A stretch of DNA of 62,401 bases, filler included, from Sphacelaria rigidula (lineage: Eukaryota): the NCBI GenBank assembly GCA_964200075.2. It is 10 parts of 10 records of this genome, joined end to end, with 100 filler letters (N's around TTAATTAATTAA, not from the genome) between each part and the next. Parts side by side here need not be neighbours in the genome. Positions count along the whole stretch, not along the records: positions 43,755 to 49,903 come from CAXNAA020021925.1; positions 50,004 to 56,152 come from CAXNAA020021926.1; positions 56,253 to 62,401 come from CAXNAA020021927.1; 7 more parts are not named here. One strand, 5' to 3'. This document shows positions 46,901 to 59,365 of this stretch, one piece after another. The first letter of the stretch is position 1; the number at the start of each line of letters is the position of its first letter. Under the pieces are notes generated by a model that was given only the letters and a program-made list of their open reading frames with translations, did no database searches and was not told the DNA's origin. Both the position numbers and the translations under genes were made by a program.

Positions 46901-48935
46901 GGGCAGGAGAAGGGGGCTAGCTGCATGGACTTTGACAAAATTGTGCCTGTGTCGATTGTGTGTGCGGAGGTTCATTGTATTTTGTTCACTTCACGGGTAC
47001 ATGTACTCGTTCACGCAGGTAGTACAAAAATCCAACCAAGTCATGTTCGCTTCGCTTCCTCCGCGTATCACCGACCAAAAATGTGAGATTTCGACCTTTG
47101 GTTTTAGCAGACCCTAACCCTATCCTCGCATATTTTCTCTAGATTCAATTCCCCGCCCCCGCCCCCCCCCCCCCGCCCCCCCATCCGCCTCTTCGCTCTT
47201 TCCGCTCCTCTCCGCCCCTTCGTTCTNNNNNNNNNNGCTTCTTTTTTCCCTTTTTTCTCCCCCCCCCCCCCCCCCCCCCCCCCCTTTTTCATATATTTTT
47301 ACACATTTCCGTTTTTGGTGTCCGCAGCTGGATCTACTCAAAGGAGACAGGTTTTTGGGTGACGCCGACTGGGAGCTGGTGTGGCGATACATCCCGGTCT
47401 CCACGGCAAAATCCTACTGGCACAGGATACGGTAGGGCATAGTACATTTGTACATGTTTTGGAATATAATTAAATTGGAAGGGAAAGAGTGAAATGAAAT
47501 GGAAAAGAGTGAAATGAACTGGAAAAGAGTTCGGGGAATGTCCCTAATATTATATTACTCTGTTTTCCATGTACAAGGCTCACGTTCGTTCTCTTCCGAC
47601 ACCCGATGAAGAGGGGTCGTTTGCATTTTGAAAGAACAACAGGGGTTCTCTGAACCTGTGTACGGTACTCGTACTATATAGTCGATCCAGCGCAGTTTGG
47701 GGTCGCCATCTGTGGCGTCGTCTCGTTACATTCACTTCTTCAACCCCTTTGGAAAATAATGAATTTTGTTTTTTTCCCGATTCCTCCACGAAACAAGAAT
47801 TTTTTGAGAAAAAAATCAGAGACTAGGTAGGTTCTCGGAGCAATTCGTAACCGAGGCGACCTAGAAAATTGGTCGTATATATACGGTTGATTTTTGGAAC
47901 AAACTAACGATAGCGCTAACCCTAACCCTAACCCCGACCCAAGGCGTACAAGACCCTCGGGCAAGGGGAGTGCACAGATTCCCCTAGGCAAAGTGTGCGT
48001 TGGCAGATAGACATCAAATCGACGCCGCCGGCGCCGATTCCGACAAAAACACGTTCTGAGCGAGCTGGGTCCACTGCTCACCTACCCGAAACCATAAACT
48101 TGAATTTTCTCAGGAAACTTTCTCAGCTCCAGAATCAAGCAGTCAAGTCATGTTGTCAACCATAGGTAGATATACGACCAAAGCTTTAATCTACTGTCGT
48201 AACCATCGGTGTCTTGAATTTTTATTACTTGGCGTGGTTGTGGAGGAATCTGCTCCCACATTTTTTGAAGTTTTTTTTTTTTCCAAGGGTCTAATCAATC
48301 AATACATCAAAGATGGCGTAGATTACGGAGGGGGATGTGCTCATCCACAGTACTCATGACCTTGCATGTCGTAGCCAGAATACCATCAACATACATAACC
48401 TCGTTATGTGTTACGTGGTGTCACGTTTCACGTCAAGAGTTAAGTCAGGCTAGTACTACGGTGGGGGACGGGGACCACGTGAGAAGCCCTATTCAAGAGT
48501 CAAGTGAAATCAGGGCTCCCCCACGTGGTCCCCGTCCCCCTCCGTAGTACTAGCCTGGCTTAACTTTTGACGACTTTTGACGTGAAGCGTAAACGTAACG
48601 AGTGTAACGTGTAGACCCTTGCCCCCTCCCCCCCTTTATGCTCCGTCTCGAAAGGGATGCGTGGTCAATGGTCAAACGACTGTTATAAGGCAGACAACAA
48701 ATGAATACGCCCCCGGAAGTTGGAAATTTCGTTTTGAAAAAAAAGTCGCATCGTAATAGTAACACGTCCATCCACCAGTCATGAGGATCAAACAATCAAG
48801 CAATCGATCGCACGCACGCACGCGCAGGCACGGCAATATCAACCTGTCCGAAGAGGAAGAGGAAGAAATCCACGTTAACAACCGCTTCCATGGCCGAAGA
48901 GCCGGCCGAGGCTTCAGGGAACAGATCCAGTTGAG
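43943..48935 (+). CDS. CPA1-family Na+/H+ antiporter, SOS1/NHX7 or SLC9C-like, start of the cytosolic region (3 exons)
   Basis: Phase-compatible GT-AG exons 43943-44012 (STTAETEIFVRACSAIEARLEHK), 47328-47431 (LDLLKGDRFLGDADWELVWRYIPVSTAKSYWHRIR) and 48828-48935 (HGNINLSEEEEEEIHVNNRFHGRRAGRGFREQIQL). L..D..LG.ADW..V..YI is the conserved post-membrane motif of SOS1/SLC9C exchangers. Confidence 0.7.
45950..46286 (-). mobile_element. tRNA-derived SINE family A
   Basis: The reverse complement starts GCCGCGCCCCGGTGGTGTAACGGTCCGACTGTC, has B-box GGGTTCGATTCCC (46228-46240), a body homologous to 10760-11105 and an A-rich tail. Confidence 0.75.
46439..46700. mobile_element. MITE with TIRs containing the palindrome CAGATCATGATCTG
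   Basis: cacacccggacagatcatgatctgtctga pairs with tcagacagatcatgatttgtccgacgtgtg. Confidence 0.6.
48431..48572. mobile_element. Near-perfect hairpin mini-element
   Basis: cgtcaagagttaagtcaggctagtactacggtgggggacggggaccacgtg..agccct pairs with agggct..cacgtggtccccgtccccctccgtagtactagcctggcttaacttttgacg. Confidence 0.7.
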
Positions 48936-49149
48936 GTATGTCGGAACAACCGCCGGACGATATGGTATATACTACCACGTATGTATCGTAGGTACGTTCG
49001 AGATAGCACCCCCGGCTGCGACTTCCGTCTATTGTTGGCACTATGCTGGTGAGGAATCCATTCTGCAGATGCCATGGGGGCTTGTTCCGCGAGGTGTACG
49101 TAGGGTACTGTAGGCAGACCGCACCCGACTAGAAAAGGTGGGCAGGGTA

Positions 49150-49368
49150 CCGTACTTGTGCGAGTCATCGCACACCCCCTGGACCGAACTTCAAAGCTCG
49201 ATTACTCGACAGCAAGAAGAGCGTCAGTTCTGAAAAGGGTGACACTGGAAAGATCTCGTCGATAGCTATCCGAAAACACGTCGTTTGATATTGACACCCT
49301 CTTCGTCATGGAGTAATCGAGCTTTGAAATTCGGTCCAGGGGGTGTGCGATGACTCGCACAATTACGG
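49150..49368. mobile_element. Tc1/mariner(pogo)-type MITE, TA TSD
   Basis: TA|CCGTACTTGTGCGAGTCATCGCACACCCCCTGGACCGAACTTCAAAGCTCGATTACTC ... GAGTAATCGAGCTTTGAAATTCGGTCCAGGGGGTGTGCGATGACTCGCACAATTACGG|TA. Confidence 0.85.
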
Positions 49369-50003
49369 TAGTCCGGAAACAGTGTTTGGGAAATTGAATG
49401 ACGTACATGAGATGCACGTGTCGTTACCCGTCTTCACTCGGGCAAGGCGTGCGTCGGTCGACGCAGGGTCTTGTGCGCATGGCCGTGAGAGGTGAGAATG
49501 TGTATTTTTTTTTCGAGGAACGGGTGCAGCACAATATCCCCAACTGTTGTACGTTACGATTTCAGAGCTATAACGGGGATGGTGTTTGTGGATTTTGTTG
49601 TTCTTGTTCCCAATTCCGTGTATTTAATTCAAAGTAGTACCTTTTCGGGGACGAAGAACACGAATGTATACCTTTTACTATAATACCGCAGTTATGACAA
49701 GCCTGCCCTTCTTCTTACCCCTTGATTTTTGTGTATTTTTGTCTTTCCTGTTGTGTTAAGTTATCGCCATACACGGCCAGCTGATTTTGGGTATAGGGGC
49801 GAGGACCTTCTTGTCTTTCCCCCCGCCTCAAGAATTCCGTCCGCGCAATAATGACGTTTTTTCTTCTTTTTTCACTCCCCCCCCTCCATCGCCGCCGGCA
49901 TATNNNNNNNNNNNNNNNNNNNNNNNNNNNNNNNNNNNNNNNNNNNNTTAATTAATTAANNNNNNNNNNNNNNNNNNNNNNNNNNNNNNNNNNNNNNNNN
50001 NNN

Positions 50004-50075
50004 CCGGGATTCGAACCCCCCTACTCAATCATCAGAAGGTTACGAGGTTACCAACTAAGCCACCGGGGCGACCGG
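50004..50075 (-). mobile_element. tRNA-like head of a second SINE family, cut by the contig end
   Basis: The reverse complement has A-box TGGCTTAGTTGG and B-box GGTTCGAATCCC, but the D and anticodon stems pair poorly. Other B-box-bearing relics lie near 21500, 24725 and 45615. Confidence 0.6.
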
Positions 50076-51162
50076 TTTACAGCTATGGAGTGCGAAATAC
50101 TGGAAACATCTACCGACGAAACGGTTCCTGCTTCGTGGTAGCGAGAAATGTAGCGTTCAGTATGAAAGCGGTGTTCGCCGAGGCGTTTACGAATTCTGAC
50201 AATGTGGGACGTACGTACAGAAAAACGGTACGTTGTCTGTTCTTGTTTGCCAGCTGCAGTGCCGCTGCCAGTAGAAAAGTTGGCAATCGCAGCTAGGTTG
50301 CCGCATACACAAGTGCAGACACCATCACCAGCAACGAGGAGCATTCATCTAGCAGCGGCCGACTGGTATAAGCAGCACAAGTAGGGAGAAGTAGGCACGA
50401 ACTAGCGCGCTTCGCAGAGGATCGATCGACTTTCCCACCCGCCGCCCCGTCGCCCAAGAAAGGGTGGAACCAGGGTGCAAAAAGTGGATAAGTGACTGTG
50501 CCGAGTAGCTCTACCGCAACAGTAGGGGAAGAGGTGGATAGCTGCGCAGGGGATAGTAATAACATGATCGTCAGCGTCGGTTTTCGGGTTAGCCTGATTA
50601 GTAGTATGTAGTGGTTGATGAGTTGATGGGGACAAAAATGCACCGAGTGCATACCGCATTGAGTTCGATTTGTTTTGGATGCAGGTATTTTCATTCGCGG
50701 TAATTCTAGTGGGACACTGCCGCACGTAGAAACGGGACAACACATGAAACAAGAATTCTTGAGCCGAAGCAAAATGAGCCAGAGATAATCGCGGATGTAG
50801 ATTAAAGAGCGGTCTACAGCTGGGTGCCAGCATACTTGAGAATACGCTCCTCGTCGAGGCCATCAACTCACTCGCGTCTTGCCTTTGATGGGTGGTAAAA
50901 AACGTGACACTATATCAGCAACACGTGTGTTAGCCAACACGTTGTTACAGACACAGTGTATCGTATACAGAGTACAGAGTACAACACAGTCCGCACAGAC
51001 CATTGTCTGTTGTACTGTGGAGCAGTAGGATTCATGCTGCTTGTAAAACTGACTGAAATAAATGGTAACCAACAAGCTGCACACTCCCCCACACCCGATA
51101 AAACCGTCCGAAACTACACCGGAGCAACTACTCACACAATACCGCATACAGTCGTGACCCAC

Positions 51163-51282
51163 CCTCTTCAATACAACGATAACTCGTCGTCCTTGTGAGC
51201 GATCGTCCGATTTGTCAGGAACGTCTGGCGCAGCATTCTCCGCGGGACCAGCACCAGCACCACTCGTAGCAGCTTCTGACAT
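51163..51282 (-). CDS. Probable first exon, possibly EMG1/Nep1 rRNA methyltransferase N-terminus
   Basis: ATG-initiated MSEAATSGAGAGPAENAAPDVPDKSDDRSQGRRVIVVLKR ending at a G|GTGGGT donor. RRVIVVL resembles EMG1 'KRLIVVLE', but the expected next exon (ASLETVK) was not found. Confidence 0.35.
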
Positions 51283-54200
51283 TGCTTTTCCGTCCTTCTC
51301 TCTTATGCTCAAAATCTTTCGACAATAGAACTTCCAACGTGTCCCTTCAATACGCTAAGACAAAGCGCTAGCCTTCCTCAATGAGCCTAGCGATACTCGT
51401 CTCTAGTCACACCAGTCCACACCTGAGCAAAAGCGCGGTAAGTTCACATGTGTGAGGACAAACCATACAACTGTTCTGAAAAATGCGGTAGAATTTATTT
51501 CCCTTCGCTGCGGAGGATTTGAGAATTTTTTCGTGTATGTTGTCTGTGTACCCAGCTCGATGTCCACCGTTTACTCAGAGCAGCTCAGAGCATAAAGAAC
51601 AGGACATAGAGTTCAACGGGCACATTCGCAAGGGGTGTTGTAAATGTGGTATCAAGGGGATGAAAATTGCGATCAAAATGCCGAAGGGAGGGATGAATCC
51701 AAAGTTCGCCAAGCGAAGACACTTGCTTCGATTTCCACGTCCAACATGCTTTATGTCACAGACAGTACATAACAGAAGTCTGAAGTATTGTAGCATAGTG
51801 CAGTGTGAATACGTGTCATGTACAGATCATGATCTTGTAGATACTATATCCATCCAGCACAGATGGTATACTATACAGCAATACAACAGCAGAGCGCAGC
51901 TGTCTAGTATGTGTAACTGTACCAGTCGCAGAAACGGGGAGATAGGAAGAGATTGTTCCGCCGCCCGGACAGACGAAATGGTACTGCGGAACCTCTCTCC
52001 GAACAGTGTGCGGCGACGGCACCCAGAGATTCGGACGCAGTAGGGAAATTTGCCGGGAGATGGCATTGGGGCACGCGAATGGGACGCCACCCGCGATGGA
52101 CGGGGTGATGAATGTGGAGGTTGATGATGTGCCTGATGAGGACGAGGGGCGACCGTCGCCTCTAACATGTGAAAGCAGTACCTACGGCGAGTAAAAACAC
52201 ACGAGTAGGAGGAGTAAAGACTAGAGCCATACATGTTACTCGTACAGTGCAGTGTCGTGTGGAGAACACGTCCACACATCAGACATACCTCTTATTCAAG
52301 TTAGTGCTGATTCACGCAAGTGACTATGAGTAGTGGCACCGCTCGGTGCTAGTCATGGATGGGTGGTCAGCTGGAGCACTCACTCCTCATACCTCATGCA
52401 ATTTCAAATCATAGACGGCAATCGCACCCACGTTAGTGCACTTGATGGATTAGTTAATGTCCAAACTCCCACTCCAATCCCATATACGTCGTGATATCCC
52501 GAACACTCATGTTTTGGGAGTACCGTGAGTCGTCTTCCGCCTGTGCAACAAGCTATCTAGCTATGATTCGGCGCCTGCGCATCCATGCGCACTACTAACA
52601 ATCCTGCTCTGCCTGTCACGTGGCTGCCAGACCATAATGCGGGCGATTGGGTGTGCATAGTGTACATACATAGTGCGATATGTTGCATTGGTAATCAAGT
52701 CCTCTCGAGGATGTGCTTGAGGTACATGTGCTTTCTTGCGTTCTTTGTAAAGCGGTGCACGCTGGCCACCATCACGGCTGCGATCTTGATACAAATAACT
52801 TCGCTTGGTGATCCGCGACGTTCTTACTTTTGGGGCAGTACAGGCACTCTCTGAGCAATGTTTCTTTTATGTGATGCATTACATATCACGTCGTCTCAAA
52901 TGTCCGCACGGCGTTGTACTGTACGTGCTTCAAGTCTACCCTCCATACGGGATTTTGCCATGATCGGTTTGGATACAACATTACGGAAACAGTTTGGCAC
53001 CGCTCTCCACTGCGTACGGTTTACGCTGTGTCCACCTCTGCTTAGGTTCTAAGACAGAGGGCTGCGGCTGTCTTGACACCCACAAGCTGGGGCCAGCCAG
53101 TCTCGAAGATTGTGCGAGGAAAATAAGCACCACCTTTCATGCACTCCTTCGTTTTCTGTAGTCATCACGGTTCGGGTTGAATAGCGCTCGACTGCAAGGT
53201 AGTCCGATAAATTATGTTTGAGAACAAAACGGACCAAACGACCGATCAAACCCAGGGGGATTCATGTCACGAAGTATCATGAATAAGTCCCCTCAATTCT
53301 GATGATATCCTATGCAGCAACTCACATCGACCAGACCTACACGGCAGCCGTTCTTCGAGGGAGACATCCGCGCTCATTTCGCTTGGAGCGAGGAATCTAT
53401 CAGCATGTGTGAGTGGATGAGGGGAGCAATCAAAATGGATATCCTCTTGAGTCCAGTTGCGCCGGTGCCTAAACCCCTGTGCGTATGTCTGCATCCACCC
53501 ACCAGGACAACGTCATCAAAGTTGACCCGTCGGATTGCACAGGACTAATGGTGTAGAATACACCTGGTCAATCTTCAGTTGACCATTCATGGCGCGATCG
53601 CGTACATTCCGCGCCAAGCTACTGCCGTGAAGACCTACAGTATCTCAGTTGGCATGCATCGACAGACACACACAGGTGTCCGCGGATCCCAGCTGTTTGG
53701 AGTCAAAGCCAGGGAAATGGATCACTTTCCGTGTATCGTGTACCATGTTTCGGCACCCAGGCCATAATTTGACAACGGGCATCAGAATCTCACTATGTGG
53801 TGGAGTTATATCGGCACCTATTTCGATCCGCTGTGTTTTTTGTTTCCCCTTTCAATATCAAACGAAAAACGACTTTGAACAAGATGATCGATTCCGTAGC
53901 GTGAACCTGCTCCGATCGGACCTTAACCGAGCGTTATTGCTCACGTATCTTGTCATCCTTATCCGTGTGTCCCTACGTCAAACAGAAAAGATTCGAACAA
54001 AAGGACCAACAGGCGACAAAAGGGGCAAGTTCACCATGCCAGCGGGGAATCCCTGTCACCCATGTCACAGTCCACTTCGACGTTACACCACTCGGCGTTT
54101 GCCCTTCCCACCGACGGCCCTCAGCTTGCATACGTTCATTCGTCGACGAACCAACTCGACAGGTGGGGTTCTCCGCGATTGATTCAGTCATCATGCAGAA

Positions 54201-55340
54201 TCAGACAAAAATAAAAACGTGATGCCGGAGAAAATTATTCGCCATGCTCGATTTCCCCAAGAAAATGAGCTTTTTTTTTCTCTCCCCGCAAGACGAAGCG
54301 TATTCTGGGTATGCCGCGTGTCCCGCGAAGACCTGTTCAGGGTCGGAGCTGGAAAAAGTCTTTCTCGATTACCGGCATGGATGCAGCTAGTCGAGAGATC
54401 AAGCGAACTCAGGCACCAACAACTATCCTCGTGGCAGTTCTCCCGACGATTTATAGTCGCACCATAAAAATAAAGTATTTCACACCCTGGACAAAAGATT
54501 ACATTGACAAAGAATATACTGCGCACAGAGTGGGATCTGTTGTCTATTGCAATAGACAACAGATCCCACTCTGTACGTAGTACATTTTTTGACAATGTAA
54601 TCTACTGCCCAGGGTGTGGAGTATTTTCATACGAACAACGCTTCTGTGCGTGAACTTTCCGTTCGCCACACGCAAAAAAAACGGTCCATCGCGCGTCGAG
54701 GTGGGCAGCGACAACAACGACCGACCACAAACCCAAGGGACGACGGCAAGCGCAACAAGGCATCCTAACTCAAACTCAGCTCCCAACGTGGCGGGCAGTA
54801 GCATCACAGCGACGCCGACCACTAGATGTCAGGGTGTTCAACTCCTACCCTCAGTGGGGTCTTGGGGCAGCAAACGACCAATAAGCGGTGGAATCGACGA
54901 TCTTCTAGGGGGTTATCTCATTCAAAGGGGCGGCACAGGGGGTGCGTATCGGAATGTCGGCGATGGCGGCCAATTCCAGGGAGGAGATGGGCAGGGTAGG
55001 GGGGGGGGGCGAGGGATGGGACACGTCAATTCGCAGGTAAAGCTGTCCTACCGGGGCGCTGTAAGAGGGTTTTCCCGGAAATTTCAGAGAGGATGTTGCC
55101 AAAATGTTGCAAGTAGACAAGTGCAGGATGGGTAGCGACGCGGAGGGAAGTGTTTTACGGGGTGTGGAGTGACCGTTTGCGATCGATTTTCGTGGTTATC
55201 TGTGTCTAGTTCACGCGAGTAGAGAGTCGGGTCAAACTTCGAATGCAAGAGTCGAAGATAGAACACTGCGTGGTCAGCTATCTCGTTCCGTCCTTTTTTT
55301 TCACTACCCTGAATCTTTGATTCATCGGGAGGCTAGCTAG

Positions 55341-55618
55341 AGGGCGTGGAATCAGAGTTGCGCGCGTATGCACCTTTCATGGGAGGCATCTCTCGGAATC
55401 TCTTGGGTCCGTTCTGTGTCCACAAAGCGATGCATATCTCCCAATGTCAGGGGCGAGCACACGACAGACCGGCCACGGTTCACCAAAGGTTCAACGCGAT
55501 GATGGGGGTACAGCGAGAAACGTCCGCAAGAGAGGAGGAAGGGACCTCTCACTTGGTCGACACTTTCAACGACGACCCTTCGCTGAAGCTACACTACGGC
55601 TTGCATGTGACCATGCAG
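55341..55618 (+). CDS. Possible exon of an unknown or decayed gene (weak CRN/RHS-like motif)
   Basis: Open frame bounded by AG and CAG|GTGCGT, reading ...YAPFMGGISRNLLGP...TSHLVDTFNDDPSLKLHYGLHVTMQ. Confidence 0.25.
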
Positions 55619-56294
55619 GTGCGTACATGGAGCTTTTTTTTATCCCATTTTCACAGATCTAGGGTGCATCCTTGGATTTTCGCGGTATATCCTGCAGAAA
55701 ACAAGCAAACTAAGTACTGTAAAACCTAATGTTGAACATGCGGCAGCTCCGAGCCTCACGAGAAAAATCTGTTTCGTAAGTATTTGCTACCAATCCTGCC
55801 TCTTGACGAATACAGCAGTCCGCACAACCTTTGCTAAACGGGGGATGCTACGATACGGGGGGGTGTACTCATGATCATGCATATGCATGCCATCGTCATC
55901 AGACCGATACGGGGGGAGGGGGATGATTCCACGAATAGCAGGGGCTGACAGGTGTGTCAATCGATCTAACTACTTGCGGTGTGTTTGTATTAGGGTGAAA
56001 ACGGTGTCAAGGGGTATAAATGAGGGCGTCTTGTTGGTAACAAGCGCGTTTGAACAAAGGTTACCGTTTTGAATAGGGTGGAATTTCGTGGCAGCAATGG
56101 CCCAAACTACCGAAATAAATTGGAAATCTCGAAATTGGACAGTTCTCTAGACNNNNNNNNNNNNNNNNNNNNNNNNNNNNNNNNNNNNNNNNNNNNTTAA
56201 TTAATTAANNNNNNNNNNNNNNNNNNNNNNNNNNNNNNNNNNNNNNNNNNNNTCATCCTCAATCAATAGCACCATCCTCAACATAGATGATTGG

Positions 56295-56570
56295 CTGTTT
56301 ATATTTCATATATTATGTACCATATAATATATGTTAATATTGTAGGTCTATATTACACATATGCTTATTTTCCTTCATACATACTATATTGTATATATTA
56401 TATACAATATAAATATATTATATATAATTGTATATATGAATATTCATCAAGGGGCAGCATATACTATATTATTAAATTATATATTAATATACGTAGATGC
56501 TATATAATATATAACATATGATCCTCATGTCATATATTATATATGATAAAAATGTAAATAAATATGTAAA
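56295..56570. repeat. Degenerate (TA)n low-complexity tract
   Basis: Seen directly. It explains the spurious Y/I-rich ORF 56291-56521. Confidence 0.85.
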
Positions 56571-56574
56571 GAAG

Positions 56575-57095
56575 TAGAAGCAAAGATATACCCCGCAAAG
56601 CCCACCAAACTCTTCGGATTTTGTCAATGTTCATTGATTGATTTCTTGCAACAAAGTTAACAGAAAATTTTGAAAAAAACAGGATATTTTAATTGTCGGA
56701 AATTTCCCTCCGGCATCTGAGGTCTTCGGGACAGAACGGGCAAGGAGCAGAAGCAGATACACGAACCCCACAAAGCCCACCAGACTTTTCCGTTTCTGTC
56801 AGCGTTTGTTGATCCATTTCTTGCAACAAAAGTAACAGATATAATCAAAACAGTGTTTATTGATCAATTCCTTGCGAGAAACTCAACAAAAAAAGTATCG
56901 AAAAAATCATGACAATTTTCGAAAAAATGCCCTCCGGGAGGGGGGGGGGGGGTGGCCTACGTGTCCGAAAAATTTCGCTCGACAGACCCTTGATTTATGC
57001 TATTTTTTTTGCCAATACTATTGAAGAAATTTATCAAGAGACAGACAAAAACCGAAAATCTGGTGGGCTTGGCGAGGTTCGTATATTTGCTTCTG
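56575..57095. repeat. Direct plus inverted ~100-bp repeats (TE remnant)
   Basis: gcaaagatatac..caaagcccacca(a/g)actttt...atttcttgcaacaaa at ~56578 and ~56750, and inverted at ~57015-57095. Confidence 0.55.
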
Positions 57096-59365
57096 CTCAT
57101 TGCCCGCTTTTCTGTCCCGATGACCTCGGATGCCGGCCACCCTCACACACATGTATACACACGAGCGCACGGTAGCGACGGCCTGCAGCCGAAGTAGCAA
57201 CTTTATCTCACGCCTCGCCCAACTTGCCCGGACTACTGGTGGGTACTCGAGGTCCACGGCACGGAACATGATCCAATACACCTAATCATTGTAAATGATG
57301 AGCTTGGGGGAGCGGGGTGTCCGCCATCTCATTGGTCTTTATGCCGAGGATCTCTATAGACGGTAGCTGGCCGCACCCGCCAACGCCTCGACAATAAACT
57401 AGGGGAGAGCAGGCTGGGCGTCACGCCCCCCGCCCCCCCCCAAAAGGACTCGATTTTTCGATCTTGGGGCTTACGTGTTCATTAATATTTTCTTCAAGAT
57501 ACCCTTGTCTAGGTCTCCCTTTCTTTCTCGGTGTGTTGTATATTCCGTGCTGTTTAAAAACAACCCAACACCGTTCGCTCAAATTGAATCAGAGCGAGTC
57601 TCCATGTCGCGATGAGTCGAGCTACAGCACGCACACGGCATCTCCGGAAAAAATGGGGGAGGAGCCAACTCTAGTCGTGGAACTATTCACATTTCGGAAA
57701 CAAGGAGACAAGAAGGCTGACTCGAATCACACGACTAGCTCGGGAAAGCGGGGGCGACCTGACTCCAGTCATCGCGATCACAACAAGAATGAACCACAAC
57801 TACGACTCGGGGTGGTTCCACGTGTGTGCAGATATTATGACTTGCAGTGATCTACCGTACTGTGCGTCATGCAACAGGCAACAAGCCGCAGCCAAACAAC
57901 AGGTGCCACCTCGCGGCGGCATACTCTGTGCAGGAGAACTAGTGCCACACTACCCCCCCCCTGCAACCTTGAAGGGATGGCGTTGGTTAGCAACGACGCT
58001 GTAAAGCACGGCATCCACTGCGCAAGCTAGGCCACCAGGTGAAAAAAAAAAAAATCGATTGCGTTTTTTTGCGGTAAGCGTGATGATAATAGTCGAGATT
58101 GATTATATTGTGCGGGGTGAAGGGCCCCAACTCCGCGCAAGGAGGATGATCGTACTACGCAGTGTTCCGATGACGAGACACCCATGAGACAGTATTACCC
58201 GTGACTGTCTCTGGAAGTGGAGATACCAGCAAATGAAGCAACTCTTTCGAGGCCATCGTCCATATGCAAGATAATTAGTACGCTTCGGGCCGAACAATCC
58301 CAGCAGGATACAGCTCACCCCCCATGCGACTCACGGATGGCTGTGAGCCTGGTCCAGCGAAGATCCGGCGTACTCCGCCCCGGCTTTGTAGGGGTGCGAG
58401 GTCAATGGTCTTACGACCATGGCATGCAAAACCATGAAAACATCTCCTCCTCACCTCCCCCCGCCCGCCCTCCCCCCTACCGTGAGCATGACGGTGACAA
58501 GAAGTAACAAACAGTAAAGGGAAATCGTTTGTACGGTACCCACCAACTCAAACATATACCTAAGGCCGTGTACGTTGATCATCGCACAGGAGAGAGCGAA
58601 CATACCGGTATAAAACATAATTTGTACACTTTTCCCACCGATTCCATACACGAGGGAAACTACGCTCTGTATGGATCCGTCACAGTACAGGGTACGTGTT
58701 AGCCCTGACATGATTTTTTAAATAAATCATAATATCTGAATGCTGCGCATACCAACAGATGTTTGTGCCCGCGGGCCAAACAATGCCACCTACAGCACCG
58801 TGCGGTCACCACTCTCGTGTACTTACAGAAGCAGCTATATACTTGGATCAATTGGATCCAACCCGAGCAAAACCGAATGCTCGAACGTTTTGTAAATGTC
58901 GAGACGGTCGCTTTGTCGCCTCTCTTTCCCGCTACCAAGAACTAGACTTGACATTTGTTTGCCACTTCTCTAATCCCAACGTTTTGACTCCTGTGTACTG
59001 TAGGAGCATACAAACGACACCCGACCATACATCTCAGTCAGGCCAGAGAGACACCCCCCCATAAAAAACAACGGTCACATCTTTTGAGGTAACCAAAAGA
59101 ACACAGCACAAATGATTCACATTAAATATTCTGCCGTGTATGATACCAGATGAATAACGTGATGCCGGGGTGAAACAAAATCGACAGTCATGTCCGATAT
59201 CCATGTATTCAAAAAATAAAATGACGACGATACACCACAATAATATGTACCAAACTTCCCCACGGATTTATAAAAAAATCATTATTTCAACAATGACAAC
59301 AGTTCCGCACGATCTGTCACGGGGCCAGGAATTCGAACACCGCTCAAGCACCCAGTTCCCTTCAC

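Noticed and set aside
47917..47940. Telomeric (TAACCC)n
   Set aside because: Only 2-3 interstitial units inside repeat-like DNA, not a chromosome end.
50004..50075. Functional tRNA gene
   Set aside because: A and B boxes are present, but the D and anticodon stems are poor and the sequence is truncated. A SINE head fits better.
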